Shown here piece by piece: positions 27,355 to 40,997 of a stretch of 64,000 nucleotides of DNA. This DNA comes from the human T2T-CHM13v2.0 reference genome, Homo sapiens: NCBI RefSeq assembly GCF_009914755.1, contig NC_060925.1; one strand, written 5' to 3'. The notes beneath the pieces are model-generated. The model saw nothing but the letters and a program-made list of their open reading frames with translations, did not search any database and was not told where the DNA came from. The position numbers and the translations under genes were made by a program. Position 1 is the first letter of the stretch; every line of letters begins with the position of its first letter.

Positions 27355-28150
27355 GTGCATTTCAACCCATGACCGAATACTCCTCGGCCTCAGAGAGGAA
27401 GGGAATTCCAATACATGCTTTAGCGTGGATGAACATTGAAGACATCCTGCTAAATGAAACAAGCCAGACACAAAAGGACAAAAGACTGTATGATTCCACT
27501 TCTACGAGGTCCCTAGCATCACCAAGTTCACAGAGACAGAAAGTAGATTCAAAGTTGCTGGGATTGGGGGAGGGGAAAAATGGGGAGTGAGTATTTAAGG
27601 GGGACAGAGTTTCCATTTCGGAAGTTAAGAAAAGTTCTGGAGTTGGATGGTGGATTAGGCCATGCTTGCATTGCTGTCAAGAAATACCTGAGACTGGGTA
27701 ATTTATAAGAAAAGAGGCTTAACTGGGTCATGGTTCTGCAGGCTGAACAGGAAGTGTAGTGGCATCTGCTTCTGGGGAAGCCTCAGGAAGCTTTGACTCA
27801 TGGCGGAAGGCGAAGCAGGAGCTTGCACGTCACGTGGCCAGAGCAGGAGCGAGACGGGGAATGAGGGGGTGCCCCACGCGTAATTGGGATGCCCCAGATC
27901 TCCCGAGCGCTCACTCCCTATTGCAAGGACAGCACCAAGTCATGAGGGATTGGTGTGGTGCCCCATGACCAACACACCTCCCACCAGGCCCCACCTCCAC
28001 CGGAGATTACATTTACACGTGAGATTTGGGCAGGGACACATATCCAAAATTTAGCAGGTGGTGGTGATGGCTGCACACCCATGCGAGTGTCCTGAACTGT
28101 ACACTGTAATGTGGCTGAAATGGTCAATTTCGCTATGTATGCTGCACCCC
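27355..28150 (+). mobile_element. L1MB-type 3' end split by an MST LTR
   Basis: tggatgaacattgaagacat...gccagacacaaaaggac...gaaaagttctggag|ggtgatggctgcac...gaactgtacac. Confidence 0.85.
27651..28056 (-). mobile_element. MST (A/B-like) MaLR solo LTR
   Basis: cattgctgtcaagaaatacctgagactgggtaatttataag...gagatttgggcagggacacatatccaaa; TSD gatgg/ggtgg. Confidence 0.92.
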
Positions 28151-29230
28151 ACACACACGTGCATTTCAGGGCCTGAATGGACAACCCCCACTGTCCCTCC
28201 TGCAGTCACCTCCTTTGTCAAACAATCATTTATTAAGAACTTACTATGTGCCAGGGTCTCTGCTGGGCACTAGGGCTGGAGATGAAATAAGTTTACTGCC
28301 GTGGAGACTTGAAGCCCAGTGGGGCTAAATGGGCCAGAAAACAGGCAGCTACTCAGGGTGCACAGGGCCGGGGATGCTCCAGAGGGGAGAGGAGCAGCTG
28401 TCAGGAGGCACCGCAGTGGGCGAAGACAGCTCCAATGCACCACTGCTATGAAATTAAAGTCCATCACACAGGCCCAGAACCTGTTCTTGCCATTTCTCCC
28501 AGAAACCTCTGGGGCCCCATAGAGGAGCTAAGGGTGTGGGCAGCTCCTCTGCCTCTCCCTCACCAGGTCACCTGTCTTCATCTGGGTCTGTGTCAGAGCA
28601 AGCCAGAGCCCTGCACTCTTGGGAAGTGAAGGATGTGATGTTTACTCATTCCCTCCCTGGCCATTTCTCATGCTCTGTCTTCAGGAACCGGGAAAGAGAG
28701 ATGGATGGGCCCAAGGCCGCCTCGCATGCTGCACCGGGGACACGCACCCAAATTTCGCTGCGACGTCATCCATCTCAGCTTTATTATGTCCTGACAATGA
28801 CTGTTTGAGGCCTTTGTCATTTCCCAGACCGAGGCTTATTTTTTATTTTCAGCAACTTGTCAAATGTGGTTTTCGTGGAGTTGTTTCCTTCAGCCCCTTG
28901 GTCTGGCTGTGATGGGGCAGTTCAGAGAGTTTGCTCATGTTGGGGAAAGATTTTGTGTCTGATCATGGACAGCTCTGATCTTAAAAGAATCCATTCTTGA
29001 GGCCGGTTGCACCTCGCTGGGCCGTTGCCATGTAATAGACTGGGCCACACCTCTGATCCTTTTCCAGGCAGACAAGGATTTACCCGCTAGGTGAGGTGAG
29101 TCCTCTCTCACCGACCAGCTGGGGAAAAGGGACCAGACTAGGGGATGACTAGCCCCCTGGCTAACAGCCAGGCTTCGGTGAGGAAAGTCTTAACTTTACC
29201 TTTAAAAACTGCACAATTATTATTTGTCAG

Positions 29231-29537
<307 letters not shown>

Positions 29538-29903
29538 CCTGCACAATTTCTCAATTTAAATTTTTTTTATATAAGAAGTGGTTAACTTTGCAGCCTTCTG
29601 AAAGTCAAACAGAACCTAAATCCGAATCTGCTGAAGAGCCTTCTGGAAGGGGCATGAGCGGAAGTCAATCGTGGGCTGCCCCAGAACCTGCCAAAGGTCT
29701 TTGAAGCCACAAGATCCGCACATGGGAAGAGGAGGCCCTGAGGAGCCCAGAGGGCCCAGAGCTAGGACTCAGGAACACAGGTTCAACCCTTTCAGAATAA
29801 GACTTTAAAGTTTAAAAAGCAGAGAGAATAAATTATTTAAAACCTAAACTGACTATAGCTACATACATCTAACTTCTAAATGAGACAGCATAATTTATAT
29901 CAC

Positions 29904-30874
29904 TATATTCCTTTGCTCTTGCTGCATAACAAATTAATACAAATTTAGCGGCTTCAAACAACAGAGTTTCATCCTCTCAGAGCATCCACGGGTTGGGAGT
30001 CTGGGCACGGCAAAGTTGGGTCCTCTGCTTGGGATCCCACAGGCTGAAACCAAGACAGCAGCCACTGCCTTCTCATGCAAAACTCAGAGCCCTCTTCTGA
30101 CCCCGTTAACCTTGTTGACAGGATGTACCTGTAGGACTGAGGTCTGTAGCTCCCACAGGCCCCCCCTCAGCTCCTGGGCACCTGGCTTCCTCACAATATG
30201 GAAGTTGGCTTCTTCTCAGCAGGAGAATCTCTCTCGTGCTTTGAACCTCTGACTTCAAGGAGGCCCTTGTCCCTTTTTTAGGGTTGACATGGTTTGACTG
30301 TGTCCCTACCCAAATCTCATCTTGAATTGTAGCTTCCATAATCCCCATGGGTCGAGAGAGGACCCAGTGGGAGGCAATTGAATCATGGGGGTGGTTACCC
30401 TGGTGCTGTTCTTGTGATAGTGAGTTCTCATGAAATCTGATGGTTTTATAAGGAGCTTTTCCTCCTTTTGCTCAGCCCTTTTCCTTGCTGCTGCCATGTG
30501 AAGAAGGACATGTCTGCTTCCCCTTCTGCCATGATTGTAAGTTTCCTGAGGCTTCCTCAGCCATGCTGAACTGTGAGTCAATTAAACCTCTTTCCTTTAT
30601 AAATTACCCAGTCTTGGGTATGTCTGTATTAGAAGCATGAGAATGGACTAATACAAGAGTTCAGCTGATTAGGTCAGCCCCACCCAGGATGATCTCCCTT
30701 GTGGTTGACTAGAGGTCAACTGATTTGGGACTTTCATTGCATCTTTAAGATCCCTTCACCTTTGTCCTATAAGTGACATAAAATCTATCACAGGAGTGAA
30801 ATTTAACTCATTCCTAGTTCTGCACATGCTCAGGCTGAGGGATGATACACCAGGGGTGGGAATACTGTGGGCTC
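29904..30874 (-). mobile_element. MLT1 (E/F-like) MaLR LTR split by THE1
   Basis: tgctgcataacaaatt...ttagcggcttcaaacaac..., resumes after THE1 with tgattaggtcagccccacccaggatgatctccc. Confidence 0.75.
30285..30655 (+). mobile_element. THE1 (B/C-like) MaLR solo LTR
   Basis: tgacatggtttgactgtgtccctacccaaatctcatcttg...ggactaataca; TSD agggt/agagt. Confidence 0.94.
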
Positions 30875-31363
30875 TGGAAGGTAGAACAATGGCTCCCAAA
30901 GAAATCCACATTCTAATCTCATGTGACCTTACAGAGCAAAAGGGACTTTGCAGACATAATTAGAGTCAAGAAACTCCAGGTGGAAGATGATCTCAGATTA
31001 TCCACGAGGGCCCAAAGTAATCCTATGAGTTCTTAAAAGCAGAGACTCTTTCCTGGCCGCGGTCTGAGGCACATGTGGCTATGGAAACAGGGTCAAAGAG
31101 ATGCTGCATGGCTGGCTTTGAAGATGGAGGAAGGGGCCAGGAGCCAAGGGATGAACGTGGCCTCTTGAAGCTGCAAAAAAAAGTCAGGGAACAGATTCTC
31201 TCCTGGAGCCTCCAGAAGGAACCAGCCTGCAACACCTTGATTTTAACCCAGTGAGGCCCTTCTGAGACTTCTGACCTCCAGAACTGTAAGATAACAAATC
31301 TGTGTGGTTTTAAGCCAGTAAGGTTGTGGTGATTTGTTACAGAAGCTGTAGCAAATTAATATG
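30875..31363 (+). mobile_element. MLT1D-like MaLR solo LTR
   Basis: gcaaaagggactttgcaga...gctggctttgaagatggaggaaggggcca...gacttctgacctccagaactgtaagataa. Confidence 0.88.
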
Positions 31364-31419
31364 GGGCTATATGAATTGCTCAGAAAATTATAATACCACT
31401 AACTTGGAAACGTGTTTGA

Positions 31420-31805
31420 AAGCTTAAAACAGCAGAAATTTATTGTCTCACAGTTCCAAAAGCCAGAAGACTGAGATGAAGGTATCAGCAGGGTCCCACT
31501 TGCTCCGGAGTTCTTGGCCTCTCCCAGCTTCTTGTGGCCCCAGGCACTCCTTGGCTTGTGACCGCATCACTCCAGTCTCTGCCCCCATCTTCACGTGGCC
31601 TCCCCCTCTTCTCCACCTGTCTCTCCTCTGTGTGCCTCTTATGAGGACACTTGGCACCGGGTTTACAGCCCACCTGGATAATCCAGGCTCGTGCTAGCTC
31701 AAGACCCTTCACCTAATTACATCTGCAAAGACTCTTTTCCCGGTTAAGATCACACTCACAGCACGTGGATATATCTTTGGAGAGGCCACCATTCAGCCTC
31801 TTACA
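31420..31805 (-). mobile_element. MLT1C-like MaLR LTR
   Basis: gcttaaaacagcagaaatttattgtctcacagttc...taattacatctgcaaagac...ggccaccattcagcc. Confidence 0.85.
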
Positions 31806-32254
31806 AGGACTTCTCATAATTCTTCCTGCCACAGTTAGTAAGAAAAAAAAAAATCCTACATGGATATTGGTAGGAAAGAGAGAAAGGAAGTGGCCAGTGT
31901 CCCGTGGCCTCTTCCACCTTCTGGATTGTTGAAGCTGGGGCCTGGAGGGGATGGTCCTGCCACTCAGCAGGGGGCACTAATGGGACCAAGCTAACCTGTC
32001 CAGTGAGAATCCTGCAGGGAGACCTGAGGGTACCAGGAAAGTGCAGGGGAAGGCCCGGGAAATGGAGAGAGCTGGTCTGGAGGGGAGGAGCAAGCCGCGT
32101 GGGGCAGGCCATGTGCCTTTTGCCTGGGGGAGTATTACTCATTTGGAGCTGTGCGTCTGGAACGCCTGCCTCACACACAAAGGACTGGGGCAGATGTAAG
32201 TTCTCTGCAGCAACGAAGCGCAGCAGCTGAGAGTAACTTAGAAAGCACCCAGCT

Positions 32255-32430
32255 AATGCTGGCATCCCAGATCGACCCCCTCCTCGCTGAATGTTGGCAT
32301 CTCTGTGCCTCAGTTTCCTCATCTGTAAATGGGGGTGATAAGAAATGTGTACACACCTCCCGGGCAGTGGGGAGGATTAAACTGTGCTCTGACACGATCC
32401 GGGCATGTTCAGGGTGGTATCTGCAGTAAA
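32255..32430 (+). mobile_element. MIR SINE
   Basis: ctctgtgcctcagtttcctcatctgtaaatggggg. Confidence 0.8.
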
Positions 32431-32840
32431 CCGCGCTCGGAAAATGGCGGCGCATCAGGGCCAGCGGTGGGAGCTCTCCGTGCTTGGCTTGACGCCATTG
32501 TGGAGGTGGAGGAGGGGCTGCAAGACTCTGAGCAGGAAGACCCCGCAAAGCAGGAAAGCAGAGCCAGAGTTGGGGGCCAGCCGCAGAAACGAGAGCCCCC
32601 GTGACTTTGAGGCACCCTTTGGAGAGGGCAGGAAGCAGGAAGGGTAAATTTTCTCCAAAACCCAAGAGGCAGAGTGACCCCACATGATAACTGAGTTTCT
32701 CGAGCAATTATACTGGCCTGTTTATCTAGCACTTACCACTCCCAGGAACTATGATAGCAAATTTACTTAGATATGCCTTTGCTCCCCAGAGCCCTATGGT
32801 ATATTACTATCCCCATCATACAGAAAACGACACTGAGGGT

Positions 32841-32923
32841 CATAGTGGAGCAGTAGCTTGCGCAACACCATAGTGGGGCAGTAGCTTGCTCAACACCATA
32901 GTGGGGCAGTAGCTTGCTCAGCA
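32841..32923 (+). repeat. 3 x 28-bp tandem repeat (CATAGTGGGGCAGTAGCTTGCTCAACAC) inside an antisense MIR
   Basis: Units at 32841, 32869 and 32897, head to tail with no spacers. Confidence 0.92.
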
Positions 32924-34107
32924 TGAGAATACCCTGGACTCCAAAGCCCAGGCTCTTAACCAGTGGCAACTCCCTCCTCGGGGCAACAGCAAGGACTGGA
33001 GCCTCAGGGGAGGCATGAAGTTCCCATGACTTTGGGTGGAACTCTTCCCTCAACTCCTTCCAAGGAAAATGAAAATAGAAGTTCCTGTCCTTGGCCACCC
33101 AGGCATCTTAGAGGACTCAGGTGAGAGGGCCCAGTGGGCAAGTGAAGCCACATCCCCTCGTAAAAGGCACCCTCAGTTCTGCAGAGGGGGCTGCCCCCTT
33201 GGTGAGGGCAGGGTGGGGAGCAGCACAGCTCAGGAAGGGGCCCTGTTCCATCCCCACTGCAAGCAGAGCTCTGCCTTTGATGTCCTCTCTGGGCACCTGA
33301 GTCCTATGTGTCACCAGTCCAGACCTCTGTGTGTGACAACTGTAACCTGGGCCTTTTGCAGCAACCCACAGGAGGCGTGGTTTGTAACATGGTCAATCCC
33401 ATTCTGCGCAGGTTCCCTGCTGCAGGTCTCAATTCAGTCATTCCTGTGAATGGAGGAAGTGAGAATGGCTTCCTGGAGGAGGAGGCATGAGCAGGGCCTG
33501 GGGTCAGGAGGGTCCAGGGCACTGCTCCCAGGCAGTGCAGACCTCAAGGCATGGACCGTGTGGCCTGGGCTCTCTGGGCCCCTGGCATCCCCAAGTGCGG
33601 AGAAACAGTGACCTCCACTCTCCATTAACAAGTTTCCTGTCCATGTCCCCTCCGTCCCACCCACGCTCAAGTCCTTGAATCTTAAGAGCAGAATTGGGTG
33701 AACTTTACAGAGATTTCTCATCAATCACAACTTCAGGCACCAGCAGAAATGAATTGAACTACTTGGAATTATCTGCTCCTTGCATCCTCGCCTTTGAGGT
33801 GGGGGGCTGTGATCGGGACCCGCTGCAGCTTAAGAGTGGACCTGGTGGCTTGGCCTCCAGCCAGGAGGAAGCAGCTGAGTGATCACTCTAGCAGCCATCC
33901 CCCATCTCACCCCCCAAGGCTCGCCTTGTTTTTTTAATACATGTTTTGGTTTCATGAAGATGAGATTGAGACCAAGCTTAAAAAACTTCAAATCCTGATC
34001 AGCACCTCTGGTTTGCAACTTCCAAAGCAATCAGCAGCATCTCTCAAGAAAGTTATTTATCTCGATCTCTGCTTTTATGTAGTTAAAATATGCCTAGGTG
34101 TATGGTC

Positions 34108-34999
34108 TTTTGTTGTTTGTTTGTTTGTTTTTGAGGCAGAGTTTCACTCTGTCACCCAGGCTGGAGTGCAGTGGCATGATCTTGGCTCACTGCAACCTCC
34201 ACAAAGGAAATAATGTATACAGTAGTCCATTTCCAAGACAAAGTGCCTTGAATTGGTTTAGGTCAGCAAACTACAGAATTAAAGTATACTAGGCCCCTGC
34301 TTGGATAGCCAATGCCTACTTGTTGGGCTCTCCCGTCCACACCCCCCTTAGTTGCCCCCATCCAAACCAAAGAAGTTTAGTCTAAGATTAAATTTACTAG
34401 CCTGCAAAATAGCTCGTTTTGTCTGTTCTTATCACCCTGCCCAGCTACTTAGGTCATAAGTCAAATACTTGAAGAGCCCCTGAGCTGACCAGGATTGCAA
34501 TGCATTGTGGGCTGCAACAAAATGGAGCGGGACAACCCTAAAAAAAAAAATACCTAAAGCCCCAACCCAACAATCAATAGGTGACGTCCAGGAAGATTGT
34601 GACCCCATAGTACTCACCCTATGAGGAACTGAGGGAGGGGCCTGTGCACTAGGGGATAAATTGCTTATTGTGGCAGTTGGGTGTGCCTGCCCATCAGACA
34701 CCCGATCTTGCAAAACTGTCATCGAAAGTCTCACTTTCACTGTTCGCCGGGTCTCTGAGTCCATTCTTTGGGTTTGGATGGGTGAGTTTGTTTCTCACAC
34801 TCCGCCTCTCAAGCCTCAGCCTCCCAAGTAACTGGGATTACAGGTGTGTACCACCACACTCAGCTACTTTTTGTATTGTTAGTGGCAAAGGAGTTTTGCC
34901 ATGTTGGCCAGGCTTGTCTCGAACTCCTGACCTCAGGTGATCCTCTGGCCTTGGCCTCCCAAAATGCTAGGATTACAGGCATGAGCCACCACATCAGAC
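34108..34999 (-). mobile_element. AluS split by an LTR insertion (34108-34200 and 34800-34999)
   Basis: Antisense Alu breaks at gcaacctcc and resumes ctccgcctc...gagccacc. Confidence 0.93.
34201..34799 (+). mobile_element. ~600-bp ERV1-class solo LTR (family not assigned)
   Basis: Ends ...gtttctcaca; 4-bp TSD ctcc; CCAAT and TATA-like gataaa; sits cleanly inside an Alu; the 5' end lacks canonical TG. Confidence 0.75.
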
Positions 35000-35216
35000 T
35001 GTTTGTTTGGTTTTTGTACCAGATGATGCTGGAAGTCAGGAAGCCGGAGCAGCCCCTACAGCCAGAATCCACACCCCAGCTATAACCCACAGCTGAAGGC
35101 AGGGTCCGGGGGGAGGAAGGAGGGAACATCATCAGGGAAGGGGCATTTTGAGGGACCCAGCCTGATGCCAGACATTTCACAGTAGAAATTCATTCCTTGA
35201 AACAACCTAAGACTTA

Positions 35217-35497
35217 TGAATGGATAGACAAAGTATGGCCCATCCATATAATGGAATATTACTCAGCCATCACGGAAGGAAATTCTGATGTGTCTTGGAT
35301 GAGCTTGGATGAGCCTTGAAGACATTATGCTGAATGGAAGAAGCCAGTCACGAAAGGTCGCATATTTTGTGATTCCATTCATGTGAAACATCTAGAATAG
35401 GCAAATCCATAGAAACAGAAATCGGATTAGTGGTTGCTAGGGGCTAGGGGAGGGGAGAAATAGAGAAGGACTGCTTAATGGTTATAAGGTTTCTTTG
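35217..35497 (+). mobile_element. L1MB-type 3' fragment
   Basis: atggaatattactcagccat...gaagccagtcacgaaagg...ataggcaaatccatagaaacagaaa. Confidence 0.85.
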
Positions 35498-35714
35498 TAA
35501 GGTCTCTGTTACCTCTTCATCCCAAAACTGGAAGACAAATGAGGAGAGTTTGCTTGGGATGGTGGAGCCTCATACTTGAGTGCCGTCTCCAGGCAATATG
35601 GTACCAGGCTCCGGCACTGTCCTTCCCCTGGTGTCTGTGGACTCAGGGAAGCTTACAGAAACCTTACCCCTCTGTCTCTTCATCTACAAAGTGGTGTAAA
35701 TAATAGTACCTGCC

Positions 35715-36396
35715 CGCTGAAGAGGATGTGGAGAAATAGGAACACTTTTACACTGTCGGTGAGACTGTAAACTAGTTCAACCATTGTGGAAGTCAGTGTG
35801 GCGATTCCTCAAGGATCTAGAACTAGAAATACCATTTGACCCAGCCATCCCTTTACTGGGTATATACCCAAAGGATTATAAATCATGCTGCTATAAAGAC
35901 ACATGCACACATATGTTTATTGCGGCACTATTCACAATAGCAAAGACTTGGAACCAACCCAAATGTCCATCAATGATAGACTGGATTAAGAAAATATGGC
36001 ACATATACACCATGGAATACTATGCAGCCATAAAAAAGGATGAGTTCATGTCCTTTGTAGGGACATGGATGAAGCTGGAAACCATCATTCTGAGCAAACT
36101 ATCACAAGGACAGAAAACCAAACACCGCATGTTCTCACTCATAGGTGGGAATTGAACAATGAGAACACATGGACACAGGAAGGGGAGCATCACACACCGG
36201 GGCCTCTCGTGAGGTGGGAGGAGGGGGAAGGGATAGCATTAGGAGATATACCTAATGTAAATGATGAGTTAATGGGTGCAGCACACCAACATGGCACATG
36301 TATACATATATAACAAAGCTGCACTTTGTGCACATGTACCCTAGAACTTAACGTATAATAATAATAATAAAAAATAAATAAATATAAATAAAAAAA
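35715..36396 (+). mobile_element. 5'-truncated L1PA (about L1PA4/5) inserted into a MIR
   Basis: ORF2 end, 3'UTR and A-rich tail; ~18-bp TSD taaataatagtacctgcc / taaataatagtatgtgcc. Confidence 0.96.
35784..36155 (+). pseudogene. C-terminal remnant of LINE-1 ORF2p (no promoter, no EN/RT)
   Basis: Translation WRFLKDLELEIPFDPAIPLLGIYPK...MFSLIGGN* is the recognisable L1 ORF2p C-terminus. Confidence 0.93.
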
Positions 36397-36646
36397 TAAA
36401 TAATAGTATGTGCCTGGTAGGTGGAATGGAGGATTAAGTGAACTAACATGTACCTAGGACGCTTGGGGCAGTGCCTGCCACATGACTAGCTGTTTTTATT
36501 TTTATTCATGACTTTTAATTGAGAGGACCTGGGAAGTACCACAAGGAGACAGGCCAGTAAACTGAGTCATGAGGCCTTAAAAACCCAAATCCCAGACAAG
36601 CCTACATGTCAGACAAGTTTGCTTGTTTGTTCCCCAAAAAGAATCC

Positions 36647-37117
<471 letters not shown>

Positions 37118-37429
37118 TCAGCAAGAGAGACCCAACAGTTGCCCTGGTCCCCCTGGCCCCACAGTGCCACACGGGCACTCTCACCTGGCCACATCATCAC
37201 CCACTTCACTGGCACAGGCACTGGCTTTGTGACCCCTGGCCGGCTTTCCAGTCCCGGGAACCCAGAAGTGTGTGTGTGGGGGGGGGGGTGGGCGGCAGCG
37301 TGGTCCTCAGGAGAGCCCCAGCCACTTTCAGGGGCAGAACATGCCTGGCCAGTGTTCACCACATCCCACTGAAATGCCTGCAGGGCCAGGAGCTCACTGT
37401 ATTATTAGACAACTGTCCTTACCAGGCCA

Positions 37430-38045
37430 ATTGTCCCATCTAAAATAAACATATGTCTGTCTAGGTCAGACCAGGCCACTCCTTTGGCTTAACCCCCAGA
37501 GGCTTCCCTTTGCACCTGCAAAAAAAAAAAAAAAAAAAAAATCCCATGGCACTTACTGTGATGTTCAAGGCCTGGCCCAGTCTGGCCTCACCTAATCCCA
37601 CAGCCACACTGCATCCCACCCAAGTGCCTCGTGCCCTCTCTCAGCTTCCTGAACACACTTCTCTGTCTCTTCCACCAATATGTCCTTCCCCAGATGCTCA
37701 TGGGGGTGGATCCTTCTCACACTCCGGTCTCAGGCTGAAAGCCATCTGCTTGGATAAGATTCTCCAGCCATCCAGTCCAAAGTCAACCCACCACCCACCA
37801 TTCTCTCTCCTTCATAGCTCTTAGCACAAAGCGCAACTATGGCTCTCGATGACTTGCCTGGCTGCCCTCCTCCCCAACCAGGATGTCAGGACCAAGAGGG
37901 CAGGAACTGGTATGCTTTGTCCACTGTTACGTCTTCAGCCCTTAGAACGGCGCCTGGACCATAATAGATATAACAGGTGCTTAATAAATGCTTAAATAAT
38001 AGATGCTTAAATAAATGATGGAGGAACAAATGGATAAATGAACAG
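37430..38045 (+). mobile_element. L2 3' end
   Basis: gagggcaggaac...cttagaacggcgcctggac...ggtgcttaataaatg...aatggataaatgaa. Confidence 0.75.
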
Positions 38046-38416
38046 ATAGATGATGGATGGGTGGATGGATGGACGGAGGGACGAAACATTCATTATTTAT
38101 TAATTCACACTCACATTCAGTACACAGTATTCATTAATTCACATTTTCATCCTATGAATATTTCTAAGTGTCTTCTGGGGACAAAATTCTAACTACACAC
38201 AGAATTGGTCAGCCCTTCCCAAGACAGCCTTTCAGACATTGGAAGATTTGAAGTCACCCCAGGTGTTAACGGACCAGCTCCTACAGCAGCTGCTCATGGC
38301 CTGTCCCCAAATCATCCCTTTCACCCCCATTCCCTTGGCATCCTGTTTTAGCCACCATCTAGGGCCACAAACATGCCCTAAATGTTGTCCAGTGTAAACG
38401 ATATAGTTCTTGAAAG

Positions 38417-38690
38417 CACCGCTTATCAAGTTATCTGTGATGAAGGACACTTTTTTTTATTTTCAATTTGTCACAAACCAGTACTTTTGTAAAATACAAC
38501 AAAAATGAATGACTGGAAAAAGAAAAAGAAAAGAGACACAAAACACAAGCCCAAATTTTTCTATTAGATTCAACAGACATAAAATTACCCAGAAAATTGC
38601 TACAAAGGTTTCTAAATGCTTCTTCTCAGTTTCTGTGCTTATCTTGTCTCAAACGCGTAACCATTCAGGAACCACCCTTGGCACAGCTGC
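38417..38690. mobile_element. hAT-Charlie DNA transposon fossil (Charlie18a-like)
   Basis: tatctgtgatgaaggac...tacttttgtaaaatacaa...attagattcaacagacataaaattac. Confidence 0.55.
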
Positions 38691-38869
38691 ACCAGAGAAG
38701 CACCGTGTGCCCGTGGGAATTTCGGAGGGGTGAGGTGGTGTTTGCACCTGTGAGCAGGTGAATCAGAGGTCCCCGGCTACAGGCAGGCTATGAGCAGCAC
38801 CCCACTTCCCACGACCCCAGTAATGGCCCAGTTCCTTCCACCTGTCCGGGGTCAGAACCCAGGCGGCCC

Positions 38870-39135
38870 ACGATGAAAGCAGTCAAAACACCTGCCTTCA
38901 GAAAGCTTATGATCTAGTTGGTAGGGGGCAGAAAATCATTAGTATTAAATATATGTGGATGTGAGCTGGTATATGTGAGCAGGGATGGGCTAGAGGGAAG
39001 ACAGTTTTCCCTGTGGTGGTTAGGGTGGCAGGAGGGAGCCACACAAATCCCCAGGTGAAAAATGTCCCAGGCAGCAAGAGCAGCAGGTGCAAAGGCCCTG
39101 AGGTGGGAGGGCGAATGGAGCGTTCCGGGAACCCT
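38870..39135 (-). mobile_element. L2 fragment
   Basis: cccaggcagcaagagcagcaggtgcaaaggccctgaggtggga. Confidence 0.65.
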
Positions 39136-40249
39136 CGTCCAGGAAGCCTCCTGGATGCTCTCACCTGGGGCTGAGCTCAGGGCTCCTGCTCTGTGCTTCT
39201 AGGACACCAAAGCACACACGCATGACAGTGTGGGTAGGATCTGTCTCCTGCCTTCCTCTGCACACCAGCAGCCCCTGGAGGACAGGGAAAAGGTGGGGAC
39301 GGGGGTTACTGCTAAATCCCCAACACATGGAGTGTTCGGCAAATGGAAGGAAGGAGGGTGAGAGGGAGCAGGCAGGTAGAGAAGGAAAGAGGGAAGGAGG
39401 GAGGGAGGGTTGAGTGCCGCCAGTTCACCCTGGCCAAAAGTCCTTGGCCTAGAAACTGAGGGCGAGAAGCAGCCACACCTCGCTCTACAGTCCCAGGCAG
39501 GGCTGGTGCGGAATTCAGGCGGGCAGTTTCTCCCTGGTGGGACAAATTCAGAAGAAATCACTGACCTCCCTGATCTTCGCCTGCCTGGCCTGTGAGAGTG
39601 ATAGGGACACACACACATCCCCCAAGGAGGCTGTAAAAATTTAATCAGACAAGTCACAAAAGGAATCTGACATTGAGGCTGGCTCATGGAAGGACTCGGC
39701 AGACATTAAAAAGCAAGAAAAATGGAGCCTTGGAGGAGACACACAGCCTAATCATTCATTTCCACTTTAGTGAAAAGCAGCATCCCAGTCTTTCCCTGGG
39801 ACCTCAGGTGGGGACTGGAGTGCTGAGGGGGCTGGGGGTGCCATGGCTAACTCTGCCAGGTACCCTCCTCCCAGGATTTTGACAGTATCTGAGGAAGCCA
39901 TGCCTCCGCAGAGCAGGAAGGAATCTTAGAGGTCAGCCTGTCCGAACTACCTAGGGGTCTCCTCTGGACTGGAATGCCCCCAGGGATTGGGGACACACTC
40001 TCAGATGGAAGGAATGGCAGGTTCACGTTACTGACAATCTGTTCTTTACTCCCAGAGACATTACATTAAAAATGTCTGTGCCTATTTTTGGCACACGCTA
40101 CACAGAAAGAATTTGTTTCTTTTTTAACCCTAATAAATGACTGCTCTTGCAGATGGGTGAAAAGCACCCCAGCACTGAAGAGCTCTCCACAGCAGCCTGG
40201 ATGCGACTCCTCTTGCCAATGATCAGCTAGTCCTTCACATAGCCTCTTA

Positions 40250-40445
40250 CATGGACATTCATGTGTGCATGCATGCACACTCATGCATACACACAGGCAC
40301 ACATGCCTATGCACTCATGTGCATATATGTACACACATGCACCCATGCACATATGCATGTGTGTACATGCACATACATGTGCATATATAATATGCATGCA
40401 GCCACACATATATGCCATACACATATGTACACACACAGACACATA
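40250..40445 (+). repeat. Degenerate (CA/TG/CATG)n alternating purine-pyrimidine tract
   Basis: Visible directly in the sequence. Confidence 0.9.
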
Positions 40446-40618
40446 AATGCTGACTGAAAAGGAACCCAAAGGATTAGCCAATGTCTGCTTAGCATCTGTG
40501 GGCAGGAGACTCTGCAGGGATATCCAGAGCCTACAGAAAACCTAACAAGAATCTCTGCCCTTGGAGCAAGAGAGAAGACAGGGAGGGAACCATTGTTCAG
40601 CCCCTGCCATGCTGGCTA

Positions 40619-40997
<379 letters not shown>

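Noticed and set aside
32841-32923. CRISPR-like 28-bp direct repeats (also considered for the 17-bp array)
   Set aside because: Head-to-tail with no unique spacers, no cas genes, primate DNA
37520-37541. Orphan poly(A) as a processed-pseudogene tail (also at 52829)
   Set aside because: No upstream mRNA-like body or TSD; more simply an expanded A-run
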